DNA of 64,000 nt. It comes from an uncultured Nitrospirales bacterium. GTDB taxonomy: Bacteria; Nitrospirota; Nitrospiria; Nitrospirales; UBA8639. The translations under genes and the position numbers were made by a program. The first letter of the stretch is position 1. Each line of letters begins with the position of its first letter. Where the stretch lies: contig CAWAXJ010000025.1 of NCBI GenBank assembly GCA_963785905.1, positions 7,451 through 71,450 of the forward strand, written 5' to 3'. The notes beneath the pieces were generated by a model that was not told the origin of the DNA, searched no databases, and was given only the letters and a program-made list of their open reading frames with translations. Below are positions 42,046 through 52,863 of the stretch, one piece after another.

Positions 42046-43326
42046 TTACGGAATCATGTGAGGAAGGCCTCGGCCGTCAATCACCTCTTCGGTGATAATC
42101 ACCTGCTTAACATTTTTCAGGGCGGGAACATCGTACATCAACTCAAGCATGACTTCTTCCAGAATAGAACGCAGCCCCCGGGCTCCGGTTTTCATGGAAG
42201 ATGCCCTGGTAGCAATGGCCTGAACCGCCTCCGGGGTAAAATCCAACTGGACCCCATCTAATTGGAACAACGCCTGATATTGTTTGAGAAGGGCATTTTT
42301 CGGTTCTTGCAGTACTCTGACCAAATCTTCCACTCGCAAATCATTTAAGGAGGCCAGAATGGGAAACCGACCAACAAATTCCGGAATTAATCCATATTTC
42401 AATAAATCTTCCGGTTTGATCTTTCCCATCAATTGATCAGACGATAACGCCTGTCCATTGGAGGAACTCGCGCCAAAGCCCATTCGCTTTTTATTCGTCC
42501 GTTGGGCAATGATGTCTTCCACACCGACAAACGCGCCACCACAAATGAATAAAATATTGGTGGTGTCCACACGGAGAAATTCCTGTTCGGGATGTTTTCG
42601 ACCACCCTTGGGAGGCACATTACATAACGTGCCTTCGACCAATTTCAACAATGCCTGCTGGACACCTTCTCCAGAGACATCACGCGTAATCGAGGCGCTT
42701 TCCGATTTCCGGCTAATTTTATCAATCTCATCGATATAGATAATGCCCATTTGCGCGCGGGCCATGTTGAAATCACACGACTGCAATAATTTCAAGACCA
42801 CATTTTCGACATCTTCTCCCACATATCCGGCTTCTGTCACAGTGGTCGCATCCGCGATGGCAAACGGCACATGCAAAATTTTCGCTAAGGTTCGTGCCAA
42901 TAAGGTCTTGCCGGTTCCCGTCGGCCCGATCAACATCACATTCCCTTTTTCCAATTCCACATCGGGAAGATCTTTCCCGCTGAACACCCGTTTATAATGG
43001 TTGTGGACGGCCACCGAGAGAATCTTTTTGGCCCGATCCTGCCCAATCACATACTGGTCAAGCACGGCTTTAATTTCAGGAGGGGTGGGCAAAGGGCCCG
43101 GCGGGGCCTCGACCGACGGATGGCCATCAGAATGGCCGGATAAAAACTTCGAACATTGTTGGATGCAATCGGCACAAATCAACACCGAACCAGGCGCCTG
43201 ACATTGGGAACACATCTGTTTGGTCGGGGATTGGATCAAATTGGTTGCTCCGGGTTTTGCCCGACCGCAAAACGAGCAGACAGCATCAGCACGATTTCGA
43301 CCCTGTTTCGAATCCCAAAAAGCCAC
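42046..43326 (-). CDS. clpX: ATP-dependent Clp protease ATPase ClpX (no adjacent clpP)
   Basis: CSFCG zinc domain, [34 protein letters not shown] loop, TGARGLR. Confidence 0.93.
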   Translation of the reverse strand: MAFWDSKQGRNRADAVCSFCGRAKPGATNLIQSPTKQMCSQCQAPGSVLICADCIQQCSKFLSGHSDGHPSVEAPPGPLPTPPEIKAVLDQYVIGQDRAKKILSVAVHNHYKRVFSGKDLPDVELEKGNVMLIGPTGTGKTLLARTLAKILHVPFAIADATTVTEAGYVGEDVENVVLKLLQSCDFNMARAQMGIIYIDEIDKISRKSESASITRDVSGEGVQQALLKLVEGTLCNVPPKGGRKHPEQEFLRVDTTNILFICGGAFVGVEDIIAQRTNKKRMGFGASSSNGQALSSDQLMGKIKPEDLLKYGLIPEFVGRFPILASLNDLRVEDLVRVLQEPKNALLKQYQALFQLDGVQLDFTPEAVQAIATRASSMKTGARGLRSILEEVMLELMYDVPALKNVKQVIITEEVIDGRGLPHMIP

Positions 43327-43446
43327 AGCAGTTACCTTTCCATCATATCGTCTGTATCGGAGTGATGATCACGATCAATGAGACCTGAAGGGCATCTTAA
43401 TCCCCAGGAAGCCGGATTTCAAATCAGCAAATATTCAGAATGAAAT

Positions 43447-44478
43447 TCACGCGGATTCTTCCACAACCAGAGGTACGGCTTCCCATGATAATCCACTATC
43501 GAGGCTGCGGAAAAGCCCCTTGCCATTCGTTCCCGCATAGAGAAGGTTGGAATCGACTGCGCTCATGGCCAGGGCACGGATATTCACATTCGACAAACCC
43601 GCATTTCGGGACTTCCAGGTCACCCCTGCGTCTTCACTTTTGAAGACGCCGTCCCGATTGCTCACATACATGACATGCAAGAGGCTTGGATCCAGAATGA
43701 GATCACTCAACATTTGGTCCGAAAGGGATTCTCCAATGCGCACCCAAGATTGCCCTCCATCGTTGGTTTTATACAGCCCGTTCAGGGTCGCTGTATAGAC
43801 CGTATCGGGTTCATGAGGGTCAACCTTTATGCGAGTCACTCCCAAGGCCCGGGAAGACTTGAGAACGTCCGATGCCACCAGACCATGATTGACCATATTC
43901 CAATTTCGAGCGCCATCAATGGATTTATACACCCCGCCACTCGTTCCGGCATACAGGGTTTGAGGCTGCCGGGGATCAAAATCCAGCGTGATCACCATGA
44001 GGACATCCCGCATGCCCTCCATCCGCTTGATCCACGTCTCACCTCCATCTTCTGATTCAAACACACCCAACGAACTCGCTGCAAAGATATGGCTGCTGGA
44101 ACCAGGGGCAAAGACCAGTTGATGAACGACCGAAGAAATCGTGACATCATCCAAGCCTGTCCGTCGTGACACCCATCGTTGGCCCCCGTCATAACTTTTA
44201 AACACTGCATCCCCTTTAGTCCCGGCTACAATATTAGCGGGAAACAAGGGATCGATGGCCAGGGTAATCACCCGGGAATGGGTCATGCCGGCAGACATAT
44301 TTTGCCACGTCCGTCCTTCGTCACGGGATTTATAAATATAGTCATTGGTGGCAATGTACAGAATATTGGCCTTAGTCGGATGAAGCGCAATTTCTACCAC
44401 CGCTTCACTTCTCCCGCAGCCGCCCAGCACAAAACATGAAAGCACGCTTAGCCAGAATAAACGGGAACCTACACGCAT
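43447..44478 (-). CDS. BNR/Asp-box beta-propeller lipoprotein (YCF48/sortilin-like)
   Basis: LGGC lipobox; about seven S.DGG..W Asp-boxes. Confidence 0.85.
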   Translation of the reverse strand: MRVGSRLFWLSVLSCFVLGGCGRSEAVVEIALHPTKANILYIATNDYIYKSRDEGRTWQNMSAGMTHSRVITLAIDPLFPANIVAGTKGDAVFKSYDGGQRWVSRRTGLDDVTISSVVHQLVFAPGSSSHIFAASSLGVFESEDGGETWIKRMEGMRDVLMVITLDFDPRQPQTLYAGTSGGVYKSIDGARNWNMVNHGLVASDVLKSSRALGVTRIKVDPHEPDTVYTATLNGLYKTNDGGQSWVRIGESLSDQMLSDLILDPSLLHVMYVSNRDGVFKSEDAGVTWKSRNAGLSNVNIRALAMSAVDSNLLYAGTNGKGLFRSLDSGLSWEAVPLVVEESA

Positions 44479-44560
44479 ACGCTTCCCTTAGTAATCGTCA
44501 GCCCTGTCATCAGATTGAGGCAGAGAGCATGAAAGACCATACAGGCGCTTTTCACCGGTT

Positions 44561-45475
44561 CTAGTGACGGAAACGAGCCCCGTTGTGTCGTGGAGGTGCT
44601 TGAGGAGGAGATGGCATAACGGAGGGCAATTTGGCCACAGGGGCCTTTGGGGCCTTTTCATACACGTTCATGGCTTCAGGCATCCATTTGGTGAGGTCGG
44701 CAATCCGCGTTTCATGAGCAGGATGAGTGGACAAAAATTCCGGTGGAGCGCCATCGGATGCCGCAGCCATCCGTTTCCAAATTTGTATGGCCTCCCGAGG
44801 ATCATAGCCCGCATCGGCGGCCAGCAATATGCCGATATAATCGGCTTCTGACTCGTGCTTTCGACTAAACGGTAAAAGCACGCCCGCCTGCACACCAAGT
44901 CCCAACGCCTGCATCGCGAGTTCATTTAAAGCCGGATTGGAGCCTTGTGTGGAGAGGGCGATCGCTCCTGCAATCATTCCGAATTGAGCCACTAGTCCCT
45001 GGCTCATTCGTTCTCCTCCGTGTTCCGCCAGAGCATGAACCACTTCATGGCCCATTATGGCTGCCAATCCCGCCTCATTCTGGGCCATGGGGAAAATGCC
45101 GGTATACACCGCAATCTTCCCTCCGGGTAAGGCCCAGGCATTTTTAGTATTATCGTCTTTGATCACGGTTACTTCCCAATCAAATGCTTTAGCCGATTCT
45201 GCATATTTTGAACGTTTGGCCGCCTCAATGATTTGAGCAGCCACACGTTTAACCGGTTCAATCTCTCTGGGATCCGTTGAAATCACAACTTTGGGATCCT
45301 GCAAGACTTCACTATATTGGGAAGCCCCCATCTGGCTCATATACCCGGAGGGCAACAGAAGAAATTGAGACCGGTTGGTATAGGGATTGGTTTGACAACC
45401 TGCGAGCAGAACGCTGCACAACAGTCCCCACCACATCAACATATGGGATCTGCTCGCCCACCATGACGTTGGCAT
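44561..45475 (-). CDS. M48 family metallopeptidase lipoprotein
   Basis: LAGC lipobox, NAWALPGGKI, GHEVVH, FSRKHESEAD, LSTHP. Confidence 0.92.
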   Translation of the reverse strand: MPTSWWASRSHMLMWWGLLCSVLLAGCQTNPYTNRSQFLLLPSGYMSQMGASQYSEVLQDPKVVISTDPREIEPVKRVAAQIIEAAKRSKYAESAKAFDWEVTVIKDDNTKNAWALPGGKIAVYTGIFPMAQNEAGLAAIMGHEVVHALAEHGGERMSQGLVAQFGMIAGAIALSTQGSNPALNELAMQALGLGVQAGVLLPFSRKHESEADYIGILLAADAGYDPREAIQIWKRMAAASDGAPPEFLSTHPAHETRIADLTKWMPEAMNVYEKAPKAPVAKLPSVMPSPPQAPPRHNGARFRH

Positions 45476-45547
45476 GCTAGAACCTCTCTCTATGAGGCCT
45501 GAGGCACAGGTGGATCTCTACCATATTCCGGGCAGATCCATGGCTTT

Positions 45548-47038
45548 CTACATCCCGGCAGGCGGATCAGGAATATGAATATCCAATTCCTGAATATGTT
45601 CGTAGCGCGCCAATGCCGGTTTGGTGCCTGTTCGAGGACCGACCACAAGAATGGCAAATTCCTTGGGTCGCAAATGTGTTTGCGCGGCTTTCCGGACTTC
45701 GGCGGTGGTGACCTTTTCGATTCCCTGGCGAAATTCTCTGAGCCAGGTGGAAGGGTAGCCATAATACTCGTACGTCAGGTATTTGCCGAGCACTTTTGCC
45801 GGAGAATCTACGGAAAAGACAAACGAGTTTAAAATGCTGGCCTTGGCCTTCGCGACTTCTTCATTCGTTGGGGGGTCGGCAACCATATTCCGGGCTTCGG
45901 CAATTAACGCATCAATTCCTTTTCCCGTCGTTTCCGTTTTCGTGGACATGGACAGAATTGCCATCCCTGGATAGTCCCATTGGAGCCCAACTCCCCCGTG
46001 TACATCATAGGCCAGGCCCTGTTTGGACCGGATATTCGAAAACAACCGTGCCCCAAAAGACCCGGATAGAATTTGATTGACGACCACCAATGGATAATAG
46101 TCGGGGTCGTCTCGTCGAATTCCCAGATGTCCCATGGCGATTTTAGCTTGGGTCATATCGTTTTTCTCAGCATAAAAAACGCCGGAGGGAACCTCTGATT
46201 GGAAACCAACTGGCGGATCAACCACCTCCGGACCTTTAGGCCAATCACCAAAAACTGCCTTGATGAGCGCAAGCGTCTTCTCCTTCTGAAAATCTCCACT
46301 CACCCCTAAAATGATGCGATTAGGATGAAAGTAGGTCGCATGCCAACGAATGACATCCTCTCTCGTGATCGAACCGACGGTGGCATAAGTCGGATCCCAG
46401 GTATATGGAGATTCTTTCCCATAAATCAACTTCTTAAATTCTCGCGACAGAATGCCATCAGGATCGTCATTTTGCCGGGAGATTCCCGCCATCACCTGAT
46501 TTTTTGCAATCATCAACTTTTCAGGATCAATCACCGGAAATCGCAATACTTCTGCAAACACCTTCAACACATCAGGAAAATCTTCCGCCAGACTACTCAT
46601 TGAGGCAGTCCCGGACGTATCCCCGATGCCCGTTTCGATGATGGCGGCCTTTCCTTCCAAATACTCATCCAGTTCATCTCCGGTCAGGCTTTTGGTGCCG
46701 CCCGTGCGAAGCACGGTTCCCGTTAAGGAAGCCAAACCGATTTTTTCCTGACCTTCCAATCGAGATCCGGTCCGGATCAATGCCGATACCCCCACTAATG
46801 GCAATTCATGATCTTCCATGAGCAAGACCACCATCCCATTGTCGAGAACAATGCGCTGAGGTTCCGGAATGACGAGATCCGGCAAGGGAGGATAGCGCAA
46901 TGCCTCGACCTTCTCGACCTGGGCCTGTACCGACGCAGGCTCACCAAGGATACCCGGGCCCCACACTCCCACGCTGAGGATTAACGACAGAGCAATGAAG
47001 GGCAATGAACGATAGGATGGGAGCGTTATACCATTCAT
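45548..47038 (-). CDS. M16 peptidase, non-catalytic subunit
   Basis: ATG 47038 after GGAGAGG, signal peptide, LDNGMVVLLMEDHELP, no HxxEH, SNIRSKQGLAY. Confidence 0.85.
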   Translation of the reverse strand: MNGITLPSYRSLPFIALSLILSVGVWGPGILGEPASVQAQVEKVEALRYPPLPDLVIPEPQRIVLDNGMVVLLMEDHELPLVGVSALIRTGSRLEGQEKIGLASLTGTVLRTGGTKSLTGDELDEYLEGKAAIIETGIGDTSGTASMSSLAEDFPDVLKVFAEVLRFPVIDPEKLMIAKNQVMAGISRQNDDPDGILSREFKKLIYGKESPYTWDPTYATVGSITREDVIRWHATYFHPNRIILGVSGDFQKEKTLALIKAVFGDWPKGPEVVDPPVGFQSEVPSGVFYAEKNDMTQAKIAMGHLGIRRDDPDYYPLVVVNQILSGSFGARLFSNIRSKQGLAYDVHGGVGLQWDYPGMAILSMSTKTETTGKGIDALIAEARNMVADPPTNEEVAKAKASILNSFVFSVDSPAKVLGKYLTYEYYGYPSTWLREFRQGIEKVTTAEVRKAAQTHLRPKEFAILVVGPRTGTKPALARYEHIQELDIHIPDPPAGM

Positions 47039-48605
47039 GATTGCCTCTCCCCGGAAGGTAACTGGCACCACACCACCCGCTGGCGGAACGGTCTCAATCA
47101 TGCCCACAATACGGTTCGTCGTTTGAAACATGGTGTTCGCCACCCTCCGGATATCAGCCTTCGTCACTGCATCCAATTTATCAATCGACCGGAACAATTC
47201 CCGCCAATCCCCAAACAACATCTGATAGTCCGTCAGGTGCATCGCCAGGCCCAGATTATTATCCAAGGCCCGCAGCTAACCCCGCTTTGGCACGGGTGCG
47301 AAATCGCGCCAACTCGTCGTCGGAAACGTCCTCGGTTTTCAGGCGATCGAACTCTTCCCGCAACGCCTGTTGAACGGTGTGATTTGTGATTCCGCGGCCG
47401 GGAACCGCGTAGGCCAACCAGACATGCGGATACTTGTCACCCGGATATTCCCCATAGGCCCCCACAGAGACCGCGATACGTTTGTCCCGGATCAGTGACC
47501 GATACAATCGGGACGTCCGTCCATTGGTCAAAATATCATCAATCGCATCGTAGACCGGCTGATCGGGATGCGTGACCGGCGGCTTATGATAGCCCTCGAT
47601 ATATAAAGGTTGGGAAGGATCTTGCAAAATCACAATTTTTTCGGCGATGGACTGCGGTTCTACCGTACGAATGGGTGGCGGCGGGGAAGCGGCAGGGATT
47701 CGACCAAAATATTTTTCCAAAATCGGCACGACGGTCTCGGCTTTCACATCTCCGACAATCGCGGTGACCATATTGGCGGGAACATATTGTGCCTCATAAA
47801 ATTTTTTGGCATCGGTCATGGTGTAGGATTGAATATCACTGGCATACCCGATCACCGGATGGTGATAGGGATGAGCCATGAACGCCGTGGCCACAAATTG
47901 CTCAAGTAGCCGGCCAAAAGGTTGGCTTTCCGTCCGAAGTCGGCGCTCTTCCATGACGACATCCCGTTCTTCATAGAATTCGCGAAACACCGGGTGTAAA
48001 AATCGCTCTGATTCCAGATAGGCAAACAGTTCAACTTTATTGGCGGGGAGGGCATAAAAATATCCCGTCACATCCGCACCGGTGAACGCATTGAGCATCA
48101 CTCCGCCCTCTTCTTCAATAATGTCTCCAAACTCATTTTTCAATACATATTGAGAAGCTTCTTGCTGTCGTTCCTTGAAAACCGTATACAGGCGATTCAC
48201 GGTCGCCGGATCATTCCCGGGAGTAAACTTCTCGGTTTGATAAGCCTGATAGGCTTCCTCCAATGCCGCAAGAGCCTTCTTTTCAGCCTCATAATCGGTC
48301 GTCCCTAGGCGAGGCGTCCCCTTGAACGCCATATGCTCAAACATGTGGGCCAGACCCGTTTGCCCATTGCTTTCCTGTGCCGAGCCCACATTGACTCGAG
48401 TCATAAAAGCAAATACCGGGGCTACCGGACGTTCCACAATAATAAAGGTCCACCCGTTCTCCAGCGTATGGAGCGTGACGCGTTGCTCAAAAGAAGCCAG
48501 ATCTTGCGCAAAAACAACTCCCCCCCACACACCCCATAGCAAGCCCACCAGTCCGAGGCTCCTGCCCCATACCAACATCCTTGAACACATTCGCATATTC
48601 ACCAT
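47035..48605 (-). CDS. M16 peptidase, catalytic subunit (frameshift near 47265; 3' end uncertain)
   Basis: GLAHMFEHMAFKGT, LNAFT, EERR, HPY; C-terminal continuation lies in the frame of ORF 45548-47266. Confidence 0.85.
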
Positions 48606-48763
48606 CCTGTTTCAGCAAAAAGTTAGCACTCGGTCTATCAACCATCCTACCCAGGAAAATAGAATCCGTGCAAGCAACCCACCACGGAACCCGCAAATCC
48701 CATCATGCACTCTTTTGTCTTTGATCAGTAGGTGAGTGACCGAGAGAAAGAAGAAAAATTAAT

Positions 48764-48917
48764 GGGGTGTTCAAAAGGGCCCGTCCACAAGGCCGCAGCC
48801 ACTTGGGTGGGCGGAACGTACGAAGGAGTATGTGAGCCCAGCCAAGGGGCAACCTGCCTTCGCGAAGCTGCTCCGGCGAAGGCAGGGAACGCCGCTGGCG
48901 CCCTTGGTCAACACCCC
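48764..48917 (+). mobile_element. MITE-like palindromic element, copy 2, with nested 34-bp hairpin
   Basis: TIRs GGGGTGTTCAAAAGGGC / GCCCTTGGTCAACACCCC; insert CCTGCCTTCGC...GCGAAGGCAGG at 48853-48886. Confidence 0.72.
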
Positions 48918-50032
48918 CCATATTCAACGACAATTGCCCGTGAAGGTTCATCCCTCATTTCCATGCCAAGGCCGGATTCGTCCCAGGGCTGCAAGACGGA
49001 TCCCTCATACGTATACCCTCCCTGGATCGGGTCATCAGACAAGAGAAGCGGCATATCGAGATCCAAAAATTCAAATCCTCCCAATCCCAACACCAGGCCC
49101 CACGAACAGCCCATGGTCACACGACTTTCCACCATGCCTCCAATCATGAGCCTGATTCCTGACGCCCGGGCCAAACCGGCGATATCCAATGATTCCACCA
49201 CCCCACACTTCGTAATCTTCAGATTCAACACATCCACCGCGCTCAGGTCTATCAATCGCCGGGCATCTTCTATGGAACGGACCGACTCATCAGCCGCAAT
49301 GGGAATCGTTCCTCTCCGGCGCAACGCCAGGAATCCCTCAATATTTTCCCGTACGACCGGTTGTTCAAATAACAGCACAGGAAGATGCAATCGTTCCATC
49401 GCCCGCATACACTCACGCGCCTGTTCGAATGAAAATCCCTGGTTGGCATCAAGGACAAACTTGCTGTCGGGACATGCCACAGACACCGCCTCAACCCGCC
49501 GGATATCCTCATCGACTTCTTGGCCGACTTTCATTTTAAACCTCCGAAAGCCGCGGGCATACCACGCACGGGCCGTCTCAACGACCTGGTCGGATGGTCC
49601 AATCGGCAACGTCACATCGGTTTCCCGTGGGCGCACCTCGGCACCTCCCCATAGCCCCCAAAGCGGGATGCCCATGCCCCGGCACAAGGCATCAAGGAGA
49701 GCGGTTTCAATTCCACATCGCACGGCAGGAAAAGGCGCGGCCACTTCTCGAAGCCGCTGTGACAACTTTCTGAATTGCGTTGCGGATTGCCCAAGGCATT
49801 CCTTGGCGGCCATGGGAAAAATCTGAAGGCTTCCATTTTGATCTTCACCGGAGATATCAGGAAACGGTGCCATTTCCCCAAAGCCATAGATGCCGCTTCG
49901 AAGGGTCACCCGGACAAAAATATTGCGGGCCACCTCCATTTTTCCTGTGGCCACAACAAAGGGCGCCAGGAGTGGTAAGTCTACCGGCCAGGCTTCGATT
50001 TTGGTGATACAAAAAGGATTGGGCACAGACAT
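48908..50032 (-). CDS. Dipeptide epimerase (L-Ala-D/L-Glu epimerase-like, enolase superfamily)
   Basis: FKMKVG, LDANQG, FEQP, ADES, NLKITK, DLD. Confidence 0.88.
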   Translation of the reverse strand: MSVPNPFCITKIEAWPVDLPLLAPFVVATGKMEVARNIFVRVTLRSGIYGFGEMAPFPDISGEDQNGSLQIFPMAAKECLGQSATQFRKLSQRLREVAAPFPAVRCGIETALLDALCRGMGIPLWGLWGGAEVRPRETDVTLPIGPSDQVVETARAWYARGFRRFKMKVGQEVDEDIRRVEAVSVACPDSKFVLDANQGFSFEQARECMRAMERLHLPVLLFEQPVVRENIEGFLALRRRGTIPIAADESVRSIEDARRLIDLSAVDVLNLKITKCGVVESLDIAGLARASGIRLMIGGMVESRVTMGCSWGLVLGLGGFEFLDLDMPLLLSDDPIQGGYTYEGSVLQPWDESGLGMEMRDEPSRAIVVEYGGC

Positions 50033-50104
50033 GAGAGGGAAGAGACAATAATAAATAAGGAAGGGACAAGGACGATCATGCCTCGCCACGTCCCGACGTC
50101 AGAA

Positions 50105-50749
50105 TCAGCCATATCGGTCATTGTTCCATGGAAGAGCGGTATTGGAATACCCGCGTACCTCCCAGAACCCCTTTTGATCATGTTCGGAAAAGGTGATTTT
50201 CTTGACCCACTTTGCTCCTTTCCAGCCGTAGCGTTTCGGAATAATCACGCGGACCGGTCCACCGTGGTCTTTGGTCAGGGGCCTCCCGTTCCAATGGGTG
50301 GCCAGTAACACATCGTCATCGTCGCAAACCTCAAGAGGAACATTGGTCGTGTAATCATCAAATGATTCGAATAACACAAATTTAGACTGAGACAGGGGAG
50401 ACACCAATGCCAGCAGATGCTGAAACTTCACACCTGTCCATTCATTATCCAACATGCTCCATGACGTCACACAATGAAAATCAGCTCTGATCTGGACTTG
50501 CGGCTGCCTCTGAAAATCTTCCCAATGCCAGGTCATTGGATTGGCCACACAGCCATCAATCGCTAAAGCCCATTCAGCCAACACAATCTCCGGTTTAAAA
50601 CCCAGATCAAGCACCGGAAAATTATTCACCATATGTTGGCCGGGCGGAAGCCGTTCATCTTGAGGTTCATCCACTTCCCGACAGGAGAACTCCCGCCGGT
50701 GTTGGGCGACATTTTGTTTGGCTTTCACGGTCCGTTCATTGGGTTCCAT
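50105..50749 (-). CDS. Sulfite-oxidase-like oxidoreductase (YuiH-like, cytoplasmic)
   Basis: RLPPGQ, DFHCVTSWS, HGGPVR..YGWKGAKW, GFWEVRGY. Confidence 0.88.
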   Translation of the reverse strand: MEPNERTVKAKQNVAQHRREFSCREVDEPQDERLPPGQHMVNNFPVLDLGFKPEIVLAEWALAIDGCVANPMTWHWEDFQRQPQVQIRADFHCVTSWSMLDNEWTGVKFQHLLALVSPLSQSKFVLFESFDDYTTNVPLEVCDDDDVLLATHWNGRPLTKDHGGPVRVIIPKRYGWKGAKWVKKITFSEHDQKGFWEVRGYSNTALPWNNDRYG

Positions 50750-51157
50750 CTTGGGCCTTTCCTTCTCCTGTCCAGGAGAGCATGCTTTAAGGATGCCGTC
50801 ATGGCTCATCTTGATCAAAAACTGACGGAACAACACAGGAGTAGGTATTATATAGAGCTTGCCAAACCAGGAATAGTCGAGGGATCAGTACCATCTTTCT
50901 TTCACTGAAGTCCTTGTATTTTTTTCTCACCCCTCATTTATCCTGGATAATCTTTACGCCAACCATCAGTCACTCGAACCGAGCAACCGGATTTTAACCG
51001 GTTATATAGCCAATCTCAAAAATTTCTGATAAATTGGTGTATTCGTTCATCAACAGCCTGGAAGTGTTCGGTTGTGTTCCCCCCGATTGTAAACCGCCCT
51101 CTTATCCAGTCGACTGTTATTCAATATTTCAAACTTTTTTTGCGGAGGATCAATCTC

Positions 51158-51698
51158 ATGGCACTGCATGCATTGGCCAGGATTGTGTGTTGCTCGGTGC
51201 TTGTGGTCTCGGCGATGGCCACATCTGCACAGGCGGAATTACAGGAGGGAGGCTCACCCCTGACCATTAGTGATGGCAAAACCATCTCGATGGAGTATAC
51301 GCTCACGTTGGAAACCAAAGAAGTGCTCGATACCAACGTAGGGGGAGAACCTCTGACATTTACCCAGGGATCCCACGAAATCATTCCCGGATTAGAAACC
51401 GCCCTGGCAGGGATGAAGGCGGGAGAGAGCAAACAGGTCACGGTCGCTCCGGAACAGGGATATGGGGATGTTAACCCCAAGGCGATTCAAGAAGTCCCGA
51501 TCGATCAAATTCCACCCGATGCCCGGAAAATCGGGGTGCAATTACAAGGGAAAGATGGGCAAGGCCGAGTGGTGCACCCCGAAAGTGACCGAAGTGAAAG
51601 AGCAAGTGGTCGTGTTAGACTTCAATCATCCGTTAGCGGGAAAAACACTCTACTTTGACGTCAAAATATTGGACGTCAAAACTGCCACTGCTCCCTAA
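51158..51698 (+). CDS. FKBP-type (SlyD-like) peptidyl-prolyl isomerase with signal peptide; frameshift near 51580
   Basis: IIPGLE.AL.GMKAGE..V.PEQGYG; DFNHPLAGKTLYFDV follows in the next frame after a C run. Confidence 0.88.
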
Positions 51699-51712
51699 GT
51701 TTCGCGACCATC

Positions 51713-51752
51713 ATAAAATGAACCCCGCCGATTCCAGCGGGGTTCATTTTAT
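51713..51752 (+). terminator. Bidirectional intrinsic terminator
   Basis: ATAAAATGAACCCCGC...GCGGGGTTCATTTTAT inverted repeat between convergent genes. Confidence 0.8.
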
Positions 51753-51819
51753 TTGACCCTCATGCTTGCTTACAGCTTCAGTAAGGTACCTACCGTTCTA
51801 TCTTAGTGGAACTCCTCAT

Positions 51820-52176
51820 TCATTTAATCTCTTGTAAATGCATGACCGCTGATTTGGCATGACCGGTCGCCACATCAGCATGACCGGCTTTGCCATGAGT
51901 AATGGCCTCCCCTAATTCGGTAATCCCCGCATCAAGATGAGGATTAGTCATGTCTTTTTTGGCGGCCTGCGCGTGTTGGAGGGAAACTTCTGCATGCTTC
52001 ACGACCGCATCGGCATGTCCCATATTGCCGTGTTCCACCGCTTCCTGAGCGTGCGTCACGGCTTCGGCCACATGTGAATTTTTACCCCCGGTCGAATAGG
52101 AAGCACAACCCGCCATGAGTCCCACACACAACACCCCAACACTGAACCGAGTCATCCAGTTTAAAACATGCATCAT
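51820..52176 (-). CDS. smbP: Small metal-binding protein SmbP-like, lipoprotein
   Basis: Periodic His in helical repeats (HVAEAVTHAQEAVEHG..GHAD..HA); LMAGC lipobox. Confidence 0.85.
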   Translation of the reverse strand: MMHVLNWMTRFSVGVLCVGLMAGCASYSTGGKNSHVAEAVTHAQEAVEHGNMGHADAVVKHAEVSLQHAQAAKKDMTNPHLDAGITELGEAITHGKAGHADVATGHAKSAVMHLQEIK

Positions 52177-52771
52177 GACACCTCCATGAAATAGGTAAAG
52201 AAAAGGCTTCCGGCCACCACTTTCTGGTAAGAGGGATCATATCAAATAATACCTAAGGAAGTTGGTCAAGCAGGCCATTTTGTCACTTCAATTATGTAAA
52301 AATCTACGCACCGCCACAAATGATTATGAAAAAGACGAACGGCTAATGAGTTACGCCGCTTACTCCCCACTCCCCTTATCCTGCTTGCGCAGGACCGTTC
52401 AGGCTTTCATCCCTTTCAGGACTACCATGCCCTCTGTTGACTCCTCCCGCCTGATCAGGCCCGATCACTCCACCCTCCGCCTTGATTTCAACATCAACAG
52501 GATGCCTCCCGAGGTAAGCTCAATCGTCTTCAGCGAACGACCGGCGGATTTACAACCCGTGCCCTTGATGGAGAAGGACTTCGCTGTCCATTGCCAGTTC
52601 GACCGGCACAGTATGCCTCATATCCGGTTTTTGTCCATCGGTCCGGGCTTTTTGCTCCACGCTTCCTTCATACCCCGCCTCACGACGACGCCCTTGCGCT
52701 TCACTCTGACTTCACTCCATCAGGTTGTCAAAGGGACTTGCACCCTCAAGCTGTTGAACATGCTCGGCGCA

Positions 52772-52807
52772 CAACAAAAAAGCCCGGATCGGAATGATCC
52801 GGGCTTC
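52772..52807 (-). terminator. Intrinsic terminator after the DEAD-box gene
   Basis: AGCCCGGATC-ATTCC-GATCCGGGCT followed by a T run on the minus strand. Confidence 0.8.
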
Positions 52808-52863
52808 AAAGAAACCCGCCATGACTCTTTTTGAAATACTAAAAGAGTAAGGTATAGGGAGCG

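Noticed and set aside
45548-47266. Apparent fusion of the two M16 subunits
   Set aside because: An internal RBS, ATGA and signal peptide at 47038 indicate two genes; the in-frame join is probably an indel artefact.
48732-49826. 364-aa plus-strand ORF
   Set aside because: Antisense shadow of the dipeptide epimerase, starting across the MITE; no recognisable motifs.
52262-52834. 190-aa ORF between smbP and the helicase
   Set aside because: No motifs, no clear RBS, and it reads through a terminator hairpin; the region is left unannotated.
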